Of a DNA stretch of 64,000 nucleotides, positions 12,515 through 27,722 are shown piece by piece. The position numbers and the translations under genes were made by a program. Below the pieces are notes generated by a model. That model was not told where the DNA came from. It worked only from the letters and a program-made list of their open reading frames with translations, and did no database searches. The stretch spans positions 124,001-188,000 of the forward strand of contig MCFH01000047.1 in assembly GCA_002104945.1 (NCBI GenBank), in the 5' to 3' direction. The first letter of the stretch is position 1, and the number at the start of each line of letters is the position of its first letter. Source of the stretch: Piromyces finnis finn (Eukaryota; Fungi; Neocallimastigomycota).

Positions 12515-14375
12515 ATGCCAGGAATAGATATCAATAAAAAAAGTCCACCACTTTCAATTATTCCAGAAAATAGTTCAACTACAATGGGGGGAATTAATAA
12601 TGCTATTAGTATATCACCAACAAAAAAGGCCTTTATGAATGCTTTTGCAAATTCATTAAGTCGTTCATTATCTATGGGCAGTTTTAGTTATAAGTCATTT
12701 GGAAAGTCACTTTCTCAAATGTCATATGGTAGAAGCCCATTATTTGAGTAAGTTTTCTACAACTTTTATTAATAAAATAAAAAATAATACTTTATGAATA
12801 GGGTTTTAATATTTTAATATTTATAAAAAAAAAAAAAAAACAACTTTTTCTAGTATTTATCAACAATTTAAGCAATCTGTTCCAAAAAATAGTTTACCTC
12901 CATGTATAGAGGAAGAAGATGAAATGAAACAAGATATCGAGGCAAATTTTTGTAAAGATTTTACTTGTTGTGGTATAGTTTTAAAAGATTTACATGAATT
13001 ATTACAACATTTTGAAGATGCTCACAGAATGGAATCAGATATGGAAGAAGAAGATGATTTACCATTTGAATTTGATGATTTATCTTCTAACAGAAATAAT
13101 GGTAATAATGAAAATTATTTACCAACGTTAACCGATTTATTCTTAAAAGATTTAGTAGAGTCTAAACAAAGACATATAGAAGAAACTAATTTATTAAATA
13201 ATGGTGGTGTTGGCATTTCAAATCAACCTATTCAACAATCAATTGCTATGTCAGATATTTATTCAGAAGATAAAAAATTAGTTAACCCAATTTCTACTGT
13301 TAGTAGTACTGCTGCTCCAACCACCTCATTTTCTGAATTATTAAATAATAAGATGTCTAAAACAAATTCAACATCAAGTATTAATTCTAATTTAGGTCAT
13401 CTCTCTGCTAATTTATCTCGTACTAATTCTACTTCTTCAATAGGTTCCAAATTAAATAATCCAATTTCCTTAAATATACCCACCACTAATACCAATAATG
13501 CAAAAATATCAACACCAACATCTGCCACTTCCTCAAATTTCAATCTTTCAAAGAATATATCTGCATTTAATAATGCTGTTTCTGGTACTTCCAGTTTATT
13601 TAATAAATCAGGTAGTTCGAGTCAACCTCAAACTCCAAATTTGAGTCATACAACACTAACTTCAACGACCACTTCAGCGGCTACAAATGCTACAGCAAGT
13701 GCTGCATTAGGTAGTGGTTTCCAAGCTGTTAATAATTTAAAGAATATTCAAAAATTACCATCTTCTAAAACTACATCTACCATACAACCAGCTTCCGTTG
13801 CTAATACAGCTATACATCCAATCTTTCCAAACGCTTTTGGCTTATTAAATAATGGTAAGGGAGCTGCATCTCCATTTAGTATTATCAATGCTACTAATCG
13901 TTCAATAGCTGAAGATTCACAAGATACGGATGATATGGACATGGATATGGATGAACCAAATGATATGATGAATGTTAGTGAATCTATGTTAATGGCTGAA
14001 GCTGGGCCAGATGAAGAAAAGAAATATAGATGTACAGTTCAAGGTTGTAATAAATCATACAAAAACCCAGGTGGTTTAAAATATCACTTACAACATGGTC
14101 ATTTTGAAAATACTGGCGATCCAGAAATGGATAAAATTATGCATAAACCATTTCAATGCACCTTTGAAAATTGTGGTAAACGTTATAAAAATATGAATGG
14201 TTTAAAATACCACATTGAACATTCACATACCTCATTATTTTATAATCAACAACAAAATAGTATGAATTTATCTAATAATAATCAAAATCATAATGTACCT
14301 TTAGATTCTCAACATGTTATGGCTTTACGAGCTCTTCAAATGCAACAATTACAACAATTACAACATATTAATTAA
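12515..14375 (+). CDS. SFP1: Sfp1-like C2H2 zinc-finger transcription factor (ribosome biogenesis regulator), 2 exons, about 584 aa
   Basis: Exons 12515-12747 and 12854-14375, intron gtaagt...tag (12748-12853), with the frame preserved. It has the N-terminal FCKDFTCCG..LHELLQHFEDAH motif and two C-terminal fingers C..GC.K.YKN..GLKYH typical of Sfp1. Confidence 0.9.
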
Positions 14376-15834
14376 TTTAATTAGTATTTATTAAAATAAA
14401 TTTCTTTTTTTTTTTTTAAAAAAAAAAGTAATAATAATATTAAAGAGGAACTAGATTATAAATTATTTGATTTTTTTTTTTTTTATCTTTTTCTTTTTAT
14501 TATTAAAAACATTTAAAATAAAGAGAAAAATTATTATTATAAAGTAAAAAAAAAAAAAAAAGTTTCTAATTATAATATATACATAAATATATATGAATAA
14601 TGATCTATGTTTTCTCTAAAATAATTAGTATAAAAAAAAAATTATAGTTAATATTCTATAACACATACCATATCATTTTCATTTTTTATAATTTTTTTCA
14701 TATAGTTTTATTATATTATTATATAGGGAAGAAATAATACATTCACTAGAAAAACGAAACAAAAAACAATAACCAAAAAAAAAAAAAAATAAAAGATAAA
14801 TTAGATTTTAAAAAAATATATCAATGTAAATATAATAATATAATAACATCAATACTAAAATATCAAACCTATTATTAGCAAATAGTGCTAATATTATTTT
14901 TAGATTTTATAAAATTTTAAATATATTACTATTTTTTTTTTTATAATTTTTTTTATTCAATGGATTTTCAATCACAACAACAACAACAACAAGAAAAAAA
15001 AAAATAAATCATTCTTTCACTTTTTTTAGTTATCTATTACCATTTTTTATTACCTATTTTCAATATAGATTTATCCTTTTATAAAATTTCTATGTTTAGT
15101 CATACTACCTATAAAGTTAAATAAGAAATAAATAAAAATTAAAAGATATATATTCAAAAAAAAAAAAAAAAAAAAAAATAACAAATGCCTTTTCAAATTT
15201 AAAAATATTATAATGATTCCTTTTTAGTTCAAAAAAAAAAAAAAAAAAAAAAAAAAAACTAAATAATTATTTGATTCCTTATTTCTATTTCATATTTATT
15301 TAAATTTTGATGATTTTTTATGGGGACTTTTGATTTTCAAAAGTGTAGTTTAATAAATAAAGAATTTATTTAATCCTTATTTATTTTATTCATTAATTTC
15401 TTCCTAAAAAAAAAAAAATAAATAATATCTAATAATTATTAAAGTAAGGATTAATTATAAAGAATATAACTTTTATAAACTAGTGGATTTATTTATTCAT
15501 TATTTAATTTATTCATTAAATTTTTATTTCTATTAAATAAATTATATATATATTTTTATTAAATATAAATTTTAATAATAACAATAAAAAAACCTCCATA
15601 TTAATAAGTATAAAGTTTAACGAATATATGAAAAAAGAAAAACCTTATATCTATATAATGGAAATTTAACTTTAATTATTTTAATTGAAAATGGATGACA
15701 TCTATTAAGTTTAATTAAATAAAAACTTATTCTTCTTCAAATGGAATTAAAAGAAAAAGATAAATTAAAATAGAAATAATATGAACTTTAACTAATAAGT
15801 TTATTTTATATTGAAATAATTTTATATCTAAAAA

Positions 15835-15865
<31 letters not shown>

Positions 15866-16375
15866 TAATATAAAATAAATCAAGTAAAAAAAGTTAGCTC
15901 TAAATATTTTTATGTTTAATTAAATAAATATGATAATTAAAGCATGATATGATTCTTTAAGTATATATTTAAAAAAGAATGAATTTAGATTTTAAAGCGT
16001 TTGAGAAATATAACAACAGTTAATTGTATTTAATTTAATATATATATATATATATAAATAAAATTTCTTTTTTAAAATTCAATAATAAAGAGAAAAAAAA
16101 AAAAAAGAAAAAAAAGAAAAATTGAAAAAAAAAAAAAAAAGAATATATATCATATGTAATATATTCCAAATTCATACATTCATTCATTCATTCATTGATT
16201 CAAGTGTTTTAATCGTTTATTTATCCATTTTGCATTTTTACTATAATAATTACAGGAATTTAAAAACAAAACATTTTTTTTATGTATTTTTTTTAACAAC
16301 ACACTACAAGTCAATTCATTGGATTATTTACATCATATTATTGATATAATATATATATTTTAAAAAAGAATTATA

Positions 16376-16414
<39 letters not shown>

Positions 16415-16458
16415 TTGTTCATTTAATTAAAAAGAAATAATTAATAGCAAATCCTATT

Positions 16459-17392
16459 ATGGAATTTAAACATTTTTATAAAAGTCAAACCGTCGTCAAT
16501 TCAATCTTATCAAAAATCTATGATACCTATATGAAAAAAAATGAGGATGACATAGATTGCCCGTATGTTCCGAATTATTTATTTCTGGAGGATCGACTTA
16601 AACAATTCTCTATCAATAATCTACAATTTTTAAATCAATTAATAAATCCAAAAATGTACGATTATATAGATAAACCCAAAGTATTGGAAATGTTAGCTAA
16701 ATGTTATATGGAATTAAAAAGTGTACAAATAAATAAATTGTGCGAAAAAGACGATATTGTTGATGAGTTTTTATATTTATTTTCGGTAATTGATAAAATA
16801 AGTGAATCAGAACCACCTCCATCTTTAACAACAGCTATTATAGGTAGAGATGGTAGTGATTTTCAATCTATTTTTAATCGTTTAAATCATATTAATGATA
16901 AATACTTTGAAATACAAAAGGAAGCTTCACCTTCAAACAAACAACCATCAACAACAAAAATAATTCAAAAAACAAATGGTAAAGATTTTTTTTAAAAAAA
17001 AAAAAACTCATATATTATAAACAATTTTAATCACCAAATTGATTTTAAATTATGTAATTAATATTTATTTTTCTTTCTTTTTTTTTTTTTTTTTTTTGTA
17101 ATTATATAACTTAGACAAAGAGTCATTGTCTCAATTGAGAACAATAAATTCATCAAATAGTAATATCATAGAATTAACTACTGATAAAATAATTAATAAC
17201 AACACTAATAATACTACAGATAATAATACACCAAACAATAATAATACTACAGTCAATGATACATCAAATAATAACATTATAAATAATAATATTGCAAATA
17301 ATAATACACTAAATAATAATATTGTAAATAATAATACTATTATAAATAATACAATAAACAATGATAAAGAAAAAATCATTGGGAATACAACT

Positions 17393-17447
<55 letters not shown>

Positions 17448-20400
17448 TTACTACTGTTGATAAGGATACAAGAAAAGATAATTTACCAAATGATAAAAGT
17501 AAGAACTTAATAGATAATGTTAACAATAATATGCTGTCCAAGGATGATAGATCATTTAGTAATGTAAAACAGGTCAAAACTGTAGATGATGACTCAAATT
17601 CATTATTAAGTTTAAATTCAAGTGCTTTATCGAGACTTTCTAGTGTATATGTTAGTCAAGAATATTTAACAAGAGAACAAGCTAAAATTGATGTTAAAAA
17701 TAAAGAATACATTGATAATCTAATGGATTTTAGTCAATTAAAAAAGGAAAGATTAATTAGAACTAAAATGTGTGATAAAAGTATAGATGATCCTGATAAT
17801 GAAAATTCTAAAAAAAAAATTACTAAAAAAGTAAATATTGTTAGTAAGAATCCAGATGATGAAGGTATACTATTATTATATATACATTTTATATTTTATT
17901 ATCTATATTTTTTTATAATAACTATAATTTATTATTAGGCATTTAATTTATTTTATTAGTTTTATAATTTACAAAAAAATTTTTTTTTTTTTTCATTAAT
18001 TTTTATTTTTTAATTTTTAATTATTCTTTTATTTATTATTGGTATTATTCATTCATACTCTAATTCTACCTACGTTTTTTTATAATTTAAATATTTTATT
18101 TCATATTTTGAAAACATTTAAAACACACAAACACACAAATACATATATATAAATAAATATTAAAACAATCATGATTATTTGCAAAATTGAAATAAATAAC
18201 AATAATAATAATAATAATAATGAAAAAAGCAGGTACTTTTGAAAATCAAATTTTTGAAAAAAATAAATATAAAAAGTGTTTTTTAGATTGTTATGGGGAA
18301 AAAGATTTGTACGATGATATCTCTTATGATGATGATGATGATGAGAAATTATCATATGAGGAAATTACGAAAAAAAGAATGAATTATAAAAAATATTCAA
18401 AAATATTAATTAATTTGAAGGATTTTCGAACTTGTATTGTTAATATTTTAAAACGTTTAAAAATTGAAGGTCTTCATCATAATCAACCTGATTTGGTAGA
18501 CCGAATTGAAAATTCTTGTGATACTCAAGAAAATAAAAAATCTGCTTATTATATCAAAAAGAATTATGGTAAAACAAGTAAAGTTTCCTATTTTAAACAT
18601 TGTACCATCGGAAAGTATGGCTATTATTTTTCACTTAAAAGAGAAGAATTTCGCGATATTCTTATCAATAAACAATTAATAGAATATTTACATTTACAAT
18701 TAATTGCTTGCTATCGTATTTTAATTATTGGTTTACAATTAGTTCAAAGAAAAACAATGTCTGCTCAGGTGGAGGCTTTAATTATAAAACGAAGAATGAG
18801 CGATTTATTATCGATATTTCCTGAAATTGTAAATACGGTTAAACTTTTTAAATATCTAAAAACTAATAATTATGCAATGGTGATGGATATTCTTAAACAA
18901 CAAAAATTGATTTATGTCAACGTTTTTAATTATACGGGTAGAACAATGCTTCATATGGCTATCCATCCGTTAAAAGGGCGTAATGAGAAGGACAATGATA
19001 CAAAAAAAAAACAAGTAAAAAATAAATTGAAAAAATCAAGATATAATTTGCAAGCCTATAACGATACCTATATGTCAAAATTAAATGGATCAACTCCTAA
19101 TAGTGACAAAACTAACACAGCATTTCTACCAAAAATACAGAATAATCTATCAAAAATTTCAAATGGTATTGATAATAACTATGGTAACAACAACAATACC
19201 AATACCAACCTTATTATCAATGACAATACTAAAGATAATGTTAATAATACCATGACTAATAACAATACCAATAATAGTCATGGCTATCATGATAAATATT
19301 CATTAAATACAATTTGTACATCTAAATATCGACCCATGAAAATTAATTATAATTATGCCTTTGACTATCTAACAAACAATATTATTATTCAGAATATTAT
19401 TGTCACCGACAGTAACAATAATAATAAATATTCAGAAAAAGTTACTAGAGTATCTCATAGTAATACCGAAAATGTCACTCATTCAGTAGAATGTTCATCC
19501 CTTTTAGAATTTCATAAAAGTAGAAATAAATTTATTGAATTCAATAGTAATTTGATAAATAATGAAAATATTTATTATCAACTCATTGATCGGAAACTAA
19601 ATAATATTCCGGAGGTAAAGCTGAATGATCAGGGGAAATTGTATAATGATAATAAAAATAATAAAATCATGTCCATAACAAATCTTACCAATACCGAAAT
19701 GGAAAAAATATATAATCTTAATACTTGCGGAAATAAATATACATATACCTTTTTAGATCCTAATCGTAACAGCAATAATAACAACCACACCGACAGCAAT
19801 AATAATGATAGAAATAAACGTATGAGTTGTAATTATAATAATAATAAAAATAACGAAGGACAGATGAATCAAATAGATAATACTAAAAAAACCAATTCAT
19901 TTCATAGTTCTATTAATACTTTTTCAAACAATCAAGGATTATCAAAGTATAATAAACCTGTATGGATTGGTCCTAGCTCTTCCACTTATACTATGGGAAT
20001 GAAATCACCTCATACTACCAATTCTATTAATAACAATGAAGAAGAGGATGCAGCATTTATTGATGATGATGTTCCTATTAAAAAGAATATTGTCCTAAAA
20101 CTTTTCAAGTATCCTGATCTTGATGTAAATGCCACTGATGTCAATGGTAATAGTCCATTAATTGATGCTATTGAAGTTGGAAATATTGATGTTATTAAAA
20201 TTCTTCTTTCAAGACCAGAAATTGATTTGAATTGGGTAAATTGTTTAGGTGAATTTCCATTATTAAAAGCTGTACAACAGGTAACTACCAAACCATTTAT
20301 TTTAATTTTTTTTTTTAAAAGAAAAAAGGATGGATAGCTATTAAAGTTTTAAATTTATCATAAATAAAATAATAACTATTGATAAGTTATCCATATAAAT

Positions 20401-21404
20401 TTAAATTTATTATAAATAACATAATTATTTATCCATATATATATTATTATTATTATATGTGAAATTTTTTTTTTATAAAAATATAGGTAAATAATGCAAT
20501 TACATATCTCATTGTTCAAAGAAAAGATGTCTTAGTTAATAAAAGATATAGTAAAAATGGTAGATCAGCGTTAATTGAATCAATTATTCGAGGAAATATA
20601 GAAGTTGTTCATATGCTATTATGTAGAATGGATACTGATGTTAATATAAGAACGATAGGTAATGAAGGAAGAACTCCGTTAATAGAAGCTGTGGAAAGAA
20701 ATGATTATGAAATTACAAAATTACTTTTAAAACGTTTAGATATTAATATAAATGTTAGGGATATGAATGGTAACACTGCATTTTATCGGGCAGCTGAAAA
20801 AAACAATACTATATTAGTGAAATTATTTTTAAAACGTCAAGATTTAGATATTAATATGATCTATGGTAAACAGGAAAAAACTATTTTAATTCAGGCTATT
20901 GAGCAGAACAATGTAGAAATTGCATGTCTACTTTTAAAACGTCATGATATAAATATTAATCATGTTGATAAAGTTGGAGAATCAGCATTTATGATTGCTA
21001 TTCGTCAAGAATACATTGTTATCATAAAAATGTTATTGGAACATGAAAGAGGTTTAGATATAAATATTCAGGATAGAGATGGAGAAACAGTTTTAATGAA
21101 AGTTGTACGAATGGGAAATATTAAATTAATCAATTATTTATTGAAACAAAAAGATTTAGATATCAATAAAAAAACTAAAAAGGGGGAAACAGCATTAATG
21201 ATGGCTGCAAAACTTAATAATTGTAATATTGTTAATATGCTTCTAAGTCGAAAAGATATTATTATTGATCTAAAAGATAATTATGAAGAAACAGCACTGA
21301 TGAAAGCGGAATATTTCCGTTGTGATAATGTCATTCGTTTATTAGAATCTCGTGGTGCTAAAAGAACGGTGAACATTAATGAGTTAGAAAGAACAGGTAA
21401 ATAG
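16459..21404 (+). CDS. Large Asn-rich ankyrin-repeat protein, predicted 4 exons, about 1411 aa
   Basis: Exons 16459-16978, 17115-17864, 18233-20280 and 20487-21404 join in frame through GT..AG introns (total 4236 nt). About 10 C-terminal ankyrin repeats (D.N..D..G.TAL..A). The acceptor of intron 2 is the least certain junction. Confidence 0.72.
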
Positions 21405-21407
21405 ATA

Positions 21408-21576
<169 letters not shown>

Positions 21577-21769
21577 TATATTATTATTAACTGAATATAA
21601 AATTATATATATTCATTTATTATTATTTTATAATAAACTTTAATGATTTTAGAACAACAACGCTATAACAGATTAATTGATTTAATGATTGAAAAAAGAC
21701 AATCCTACTTTAATAGAGCCTAATATTTAGTTGAGTTTAATATACTTTCTTTTATAAGGGATACACCTC

Positions 21770-21800
<31 letters not shown>

Positions 21801-22452
21801 CTCTAAAAAATTAGAAATTAAAAGCATAAAAATTGAATCAAGAGAAAAAAAAATTACTATCTTTTTTCTTTTACTTTTCATATTTTAAACTATTACCATT
21901 AAGTTATTAAAAAGGTATTAAAAGAAAAAACAAACAATAATAATAAAAATAAAAAATCTTTTATTATTAAAAAAGCCAAGTTAAAAAATTATTTATAATT
22001 ACATTATTGTCATTATTTTCTAAAAGTTAGTATTCTTTTGAAATTATAATAATTGTAATAAAAATAAAAAAATAACATTTTAATATTTATACTTTTAATC
22101 CATAATGAACATTCTCATTCATTTTTTGAAATGTTAATGTTATAATTTTAGGAAATAAGTATTATGTTTTATTTTCTTTTATTTATTTATTATTTGCAAA
22201 ATGTATTAAACCTTTAATGTATATCTAAAGTATATGCATAAAATTTATGATAAAGGCTTTTAATTATTTTATATTTACAAATGTTGAACATAAAAAAAAA
22301 AAATAAATTTGCCATTAAAACCTTTTAAATATTTATTTGAAAATATTAATTTAACTAAATTATATTTTCATCAATATTTTTTTTTTTTTTTTAATTTGAA
22401 AATATTTTATCACTATTATTTTTTTTTCATTCTTTTTTATTCATTTTTTCAA

Positions 22453-23223
22453 TTAGTTTTTCTTGTCAATAGAAATGAATCCTTGTTGTTTTAATAATTC
22501 GTAATCATCTTCGTATAAACCATAGAATTGCATGTACTTTTCAGCAAGACCCTTTGACCAATTTTCATCACGGTTGTTAGCATCTCTGGAAACAAGATAT
22601 TCATTATAAGAAACATCAAATTCATCAACACCAGATTTACTCTTAGCAGTATCGTATTTTTCATCAAAACAAACTGCACTAGTTGGTAATCTTGGCTTCA
22701 TATCTGGATCATGATCTGGGTAACCAACACATAAACCAATCATTGGAATGACATGTTTTGGTAAGTTTAATTCCTTAACAAGAGCAAGGGAATTCTTACG
22801 GATAAGACCAATTGGAACAGTACCAAGTCCCATTGATTCAGCTGCAACAATAGCATTTTGCATAGCAATAGCTGGTTCATGACCGCAAACGAAAAGAGTA
22901 TCTAATTGTTCCATGAACTTTTGAGCTTGTTCAGCAGAAACACCATTCTTTTCAAACATGTAATTAGTACGGTAAAAATCGGCACAAAAAACTAAAAAGA
23001 CTGAACATTGAGCAACGTATGGTTGATTTAAACTTAATTCAGCAAGCTTTTCCTTGTTAGCCTTGTCCTTAACAACAATAATACTCATATGTTGAGCATT
23101 ACACCAGTTTGGAGCAGCTTGAGCAGCCTTAAGAATAAGTTGTAACTTTTCATCTTCAAGTGGTTGATCCTTGTACTTACGGATGGAATGGTGTTTGAAA
23201 AGACTTTCAATAACTGGATTCAT
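22453..23223 (-). CDS. NfsA/NfrA-family NAD(P)H-flavin oxidoreductase (nitroreductase)
   Basis: 256-aa intronless ORF with H.SIRKY at the N terminus, AAQAAP, AAESMGLGTVPIG and GLCVGYP....KPRLP motifs typical of bacterial NfsA/NfrA/FRP. Confidence 0.9.
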   Translation of the reverse strand: MNPVIESLFKHHSIRKYKDQPLEDEKLQLILKAAQAAPNWCNAQHMSIIVVKDKANKEKLAELSLNQPYVAQCSVFLVFCADFYRTNYMFEKNGVSAEQAQKFMEQLDTLFVCGHEPAIAMQNAIVAAESMGLGTVPIGLIRKNSLALVKELNLPKHVIPMIGLCVGYPDHDPDMKPRLPTSAVCFDEKYDTAKSKSGVDEFDVSYNEYLVSRDANNRDENWSKGLAEKYMQFYGLYEDDYELLKQQGFISIDKKN

Positions 23224-24358
23224 TTTTATTGTTTCTCTTACCTTATTTTATTAGGTTTAAAACTAATTTTGTTTTATTTTTTTAAAAAAAAAAAGGAAAA
23301 ATTTGTCATTTTAGTGGTATTATATATCCTTTTTAATTAATAATATTTTTAATTTAAAATTGAATGTGTTTAATCATTTTTTTTATATAAATAAATTAAT
23401 TGTTGTATATTTCAAATTTATATACGAAAAACCTTATTTATTATTATTTCGGAATATAAATTTAAAGGGTTAACTATTATTATTATTATTTTTTTTAAAA
23501 GAATAAAGATAATCAATATTTTATTTTATTATTATTGTAAAATCATCAATAGGAAGTAATTATTTTATAATGTATAAATATAACTAATAGTAATAAAAAT
23601 ATTTGAAATTTGTCATTAATGATAGAATGCTTATTGTTTGTTATTGATAAAGAATTGCTTGTATGTAGGGCACACACTCCATAATGTATGTATTATTAAA
23701 AATGGAAATAATTCCACCTACTATTAAAATAAATCTAATTTTAATTATTAATTAATAATAATTTAGATCTTTAATATATATAAATATAATAATGATAATA
23801 TATTTTTTTATTATTAATAAAAAAAAAAATCAATCTTAATTCATTCCATCTCATAAATCATGTGAATTCATGAGTAATAATAAATAGATTGAATAAATAT
23901 ATCAATTCCAAACATATATTATTAAATATACTAATAAAATATAATAATGAAATGGTAGGGTTGATTTTCAATATTAATAAGAAATTAATGTGATTATAAA
24001 TAATCGTTATAATATTGCTATAATAATACTATATACTATCATCCATATTATTTATATTATATATAATATCTCTTGTTATAATTGTTATACCAAAAGATAT
24101 AGGATAGAAAATTTATTAGATATATTTTAATCGACGTTAGATATTAGTATTTAATAATGCTATTATTATTATTATTTTAAAGTATAACAAAATATTTTAA
24201 ATTTACTTTAAAAGTATTAAAAATACTAATTATTATTATTATATATTTTTTTGGCGTTTCAATATTTTTATTTAGATCTTCATGATTTTTGTAAGAAATA
24301 GAAAATTTTTATTAAACTTAAAAAGAAATTAATTTATATATATAGGTTTTTTTTATTT

Positions 24359-27300
24359 TTATTTATACTTTTAACAAGTATTTACATTATGAATTTAGAA
24401 TAATAGAATAGTAATAAAAAAAAAGACTATTTCGTATTAGAAATAGCAATAACAATATAAATAATATAAATAATAGATAATAAAATAATCTATAATTTAT
24501 AAAAAATCTAATTCTAAAATATATAAATTTAAATTGTATTTTGCCTTCCCAATTTTGTTTTCTTATTTTAGAATCAAGAACTTTTTATAACTTTAATAAA
24601 TTATTTAATAAAATAATAATATGATAGGATATAGTAATAATGGTATAATAAATGTAACTGAATGTATTAGATTTCTATGAATTTTTAATAATAATAAAGT
24701 AACTAAATTATAATAATATTTAAATAATGACATTATATTAAATTATGATATTAAATTATGATACTACTTAAATTAGGTTATTTTTTAATATGTTAATATA
24801 GGGATGTGAATTAAACGTGTTAAAAAAAAAAAAAATCAATTTTTTCTTTTTACATCTTTTCATGGAATGTACGTGCAATAACTTCTTTTTGTTGTTGTGG
24901 TGTTAATTTAACAAAGTTGACAGCATATCCAGATACTCGAATAGTTAGGTTTGGATAGTTTTCTGGATGAGCCATAGCATCTTCTAATGTTTCTCGCTTA
25001 AGAACATTAACATTGAGATGATGGGCCCCCTTGGTGAAGTATCCGTCTAATAATCCGGAAAGATTACCTTGTCGTTCTTTTAATGATTTACCAATGGTAT
25101 TTGGAACAATGGAAAATGTATTTGAAATACCATCCATACATGAATCATAATTAACTTTAGCAACCGATGAAAGTGAAGAAATAGCACCTGAAAATTCACG
25201 ACCATGCATTGGATTACATCCTGGTGCAAATGCTTCTCCTGCTTTACGTCCATCCGGTGTGGATCCTGTTTTCTTACCATATACAACATTGGAAGTAATT
25301 GTAAGAATTGAAAGTGTGTGCTCAGCTCCACGATAAGTTGGAATCTTTCTGAGTTTAGTAATAAGTTTATCCGTGACTGTTTTAGCAAAGTAATCAACAC
25401 GATCATCATCGTTACCGAATTTTGGGAAATCTCCTTCAATCTTGAAATCAACGGTTAATCCGGTCTTTGCATCACGAATTGGTGTAACCTTACCATATTT
25501 GATGGCTGAGAATGAATCAGCAACAACTGAAAGTCCAGCAACACCAAATGCCATAAGACGACGAACATCCGTGTCATGAAGTGCCATTTGAAGTGATTCA
25601 TAACAATATTGATCGTGACTGAAGTGAATAACATTCATGGTGTTAACATAAAGATTTGCAATCCAATCCATGGCTTTGTCATAGGTTTCCCACATCCATT
25701 CAAATGGAATTGGTCCTTCTGGAACTGGTCCAAAATCTGGTCCAACTTGTTTTCCTGTTCTTTCATCCTTTCCATGATTAAGAACGTAGAGCATAAGCTT
25801 TGCAAGATTACAACGAGCTCCAAAGAATTGCATATCCTTTCCAATTCTCATGGCTGAAACACAACATGCAATTCCATAATCATCTCCGAATCTAGCTGAC
25901 ATAAGAGCATCCGATTCATATTGAATGGATGAGGTATCGATAGAAACTTTAGTAGCAAAGTCCTTGAAATTCTTTGGAAGTGCCTTGTTCCAAAGAACAG
26001 TGATGTTTGGTTCTGGTGCTGGTCCTAAATTGTAAAGTGTATTAAGAACACGATAGGAAGTTTTTGTTACTAATGGACGACCATCTCTTCCCATACCACC
26101 AAGTGACATGGTAACCCATGTTGGATCTCCTGCAAATAAATCATTGTATTCCGGAGTACGTAGATGACGAGCAAATCTTAATTTTAAAATGAGATTATCA
26201 ATGATTTCTTGAGCTTCAGCTTCATTGATGATTCCTTTCTTTAAATCGTTTTCGAAGAAACAATCAAGGAAAGCATCAACACGACCAAGTGACATGGCTG
26301 CCCCATCTTGTTCTTTAATTGAACCTAAATAGCCAAAGTATACGAATTGAGTAGCTTCTCTTGCATTCTTTGCTGGCTTAGAAATATCAATGCCATAAGA
26401 TTTAGCCATTTGAGTGAGTTGTTTGAGTGCTTTGATTTGATCAGCAACTTCACCAATTAATTTCATGGTAGGTTCATCCATCAATTTCTTTTGCAATTCA
26501 ACTCTATCCATTTCTTTTTGAGCAATAAGACGATCGGTACCGTAGAGTGCAACACGACGATAATCTCCAATAATACGACCACGACCATAACCATCTGGTA
26601 AACCTGTCATAATCGCATTAGAACGACCAGATCTCATCTCTTTAGAATAAAGATCAAAAACTGCTGTGTTGTGAGTTTTACGATAATCAGAAAAGATATG
26701 CTCAATATTTTCATCCATTGGTACGTTAACAGCAGCAAGAGCATTCTTGACCATATTGACACCTCCAAATGGTTTGATGGCTCTTTTTAATGGTTCATCA
26801 GTTTGATAACCAACAATGACTTCATTTTCTTTATCGAGATAACCAGGTTTATGAGAAGTGATAGTTGAAGGAGTATGAGGATCAACATCATATAAGCCAC
26901 CATTTTCACGTTCTTTAGCCAAATATTGTTCAGCCTTTGCAAAAAGTTTTTTAGTTTTTTCAGTTGGACCTTCAAGGAAGGTAGCATCACCTTCATAAGG
27001 TGTATAATGTTTTTTAATCCAACCTTCAACATCAATTTCCGATTTCTTCATAGCATCATCGGCGATTTCAGATTCAACTTGAGTAGCATAAGATTTATTT
27101 TGAATAGAATTAAAGGTAGATGAAGCAGTAGAAGCAGTGGTAGTAGTGGTAGTAGTCTTGAAACCCGAAATATTATTCATAACTGAGGTAGTATGAATGG
27201 CGCGAGAAGATTTAGGTAATTTAATACCGGCAAACTTTGAAGCAGTAACAGCACTAACTGAAACTGATTTAGCAATAGTGTTACTTACTTGATTTAAAGT

Positions 27301-27417
27301 TAAACTTTCCATTTTAATTATTTATATTTATATGTATTATGTATTTATATTATGTATTTGTAAAAATTAAACTTATTTATTTGACTATTATTTAAATATT
27401 TAAATGTAATTATTAAT
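24359..27417 (-). repeat. Left arm of the PFL palindrome (3.06 kb)
   Basis: Reverse complement of 28631-31688. The coordinate sums are a constant 56048/56047 across the arm. Confidence 0.95.
24850..27312 (-). CDS. pfl: Pyruvate formate-lyase, copy 2
   Basis: 820 aa, identical in protein to copy 3. It differs from copy 1 by two T/A changes (EIADD, YLAKE). Confidence 0.97.
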   Translation of the reverse strand: MESLTLNQVSNTIAKSVSVSAVTASKFAGIKLPKSSRAIHTTSVMNNISGFKTTTTTTTASTASSTFNSIQNKSYATQVESEIADDAMKKSEIDVEGWIKKHYTPYEGDATFLEGPTEKTKKLFAKAEQYLAKERENGGLYDVDPHTPSTITSHKPGYLDKENEVIVGYQTDEPLKRAIKPFGGVNMVKNALAAVNVPMDENIEHIFSDYRKTHNTAVFDLYSKEMRSGRSNAIMTGLPDGYGRGRIIGDYRRVALYGTDRLIAQKEMDRVELQKKLMDEPTMKLIGEVADQIKALKQLTQMAKSYGIDISKPAKNAREATQFVYFGYLGSIKEQDGAAMSLGRVDAFLDCFFENDLKKGIINEAEAQEIIDNLILKLRFARHLRTPEYNDLFAGDPTWVTMSLGGMGRDGRPLVTKTSYRVLNTLYNLGPAPEPNITVLWNKALPKNFKDFATKVSIDTSSIQYESDALMSARFGDDYGIACCVSAMRIGKDMQFFGARCNLAKLMLYVLNHGKDERTGKQVGPDFGPVPEGPIPFEWMWETYDKAMDWIANLYVNTMNVIHFSHDQYCYESLQMALHDTDVRRLMAFGVAGLSVVADSFSAIKYGKVTPIRDAKTGLTVDFKIEGDFPKFGNDDDRVDYFAKTVTDKLITKLRKIPTYRGAEHTLSILTITSNVVYGKKTGSTPDGRKAGEAFAPGCNPMHGREFSGAISSLSSVAKVNYDSCMDGISNTFSIVPNTIGKSLKERQGNLSGLLDGYFTKGAHHLNVNVLKRETLEDAMAHPENYPNLTIRVSGYAVNFVKLTPQQQKEVIARTFHEKM

Positions 27418-27681
27418 TTTTATTATATCTGTTTATAAAAAATAATTAATTCTTTAATTGATTATTATTATTCTTTCTTTCTTTTTTTTTTTTCTTAAGC
27501 TATTAAAATACTTGTGTAAAATAAAATATTTTGGATATTTTTTAAAAAATTGACATTTTTTTGAATATTTATAGCTTTTTAATTAAATAAAGTAATATAT
27601 TATAATTTATTATTAAATTATTTTGGTATATATTAAAATAAATTAACAATATAATTATTGAATAAAAAAAATTTCAATTTC

Positions 27682-27722
27682 GCATTTTTATCCATAAGTT
27701 TTAAAATTTTGTGGATAAATTT
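27682..27722. promoter_or_regulatory. Candidate cis-element in the PFL2/PFL3 divergent spacer (TTTATCCA..TGTGGATAAA)
   Basis: Homologous to 1370-1405. The half-sites are conserved while the loop length changes (12 vs 17 nt). Confidence 0.4.
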
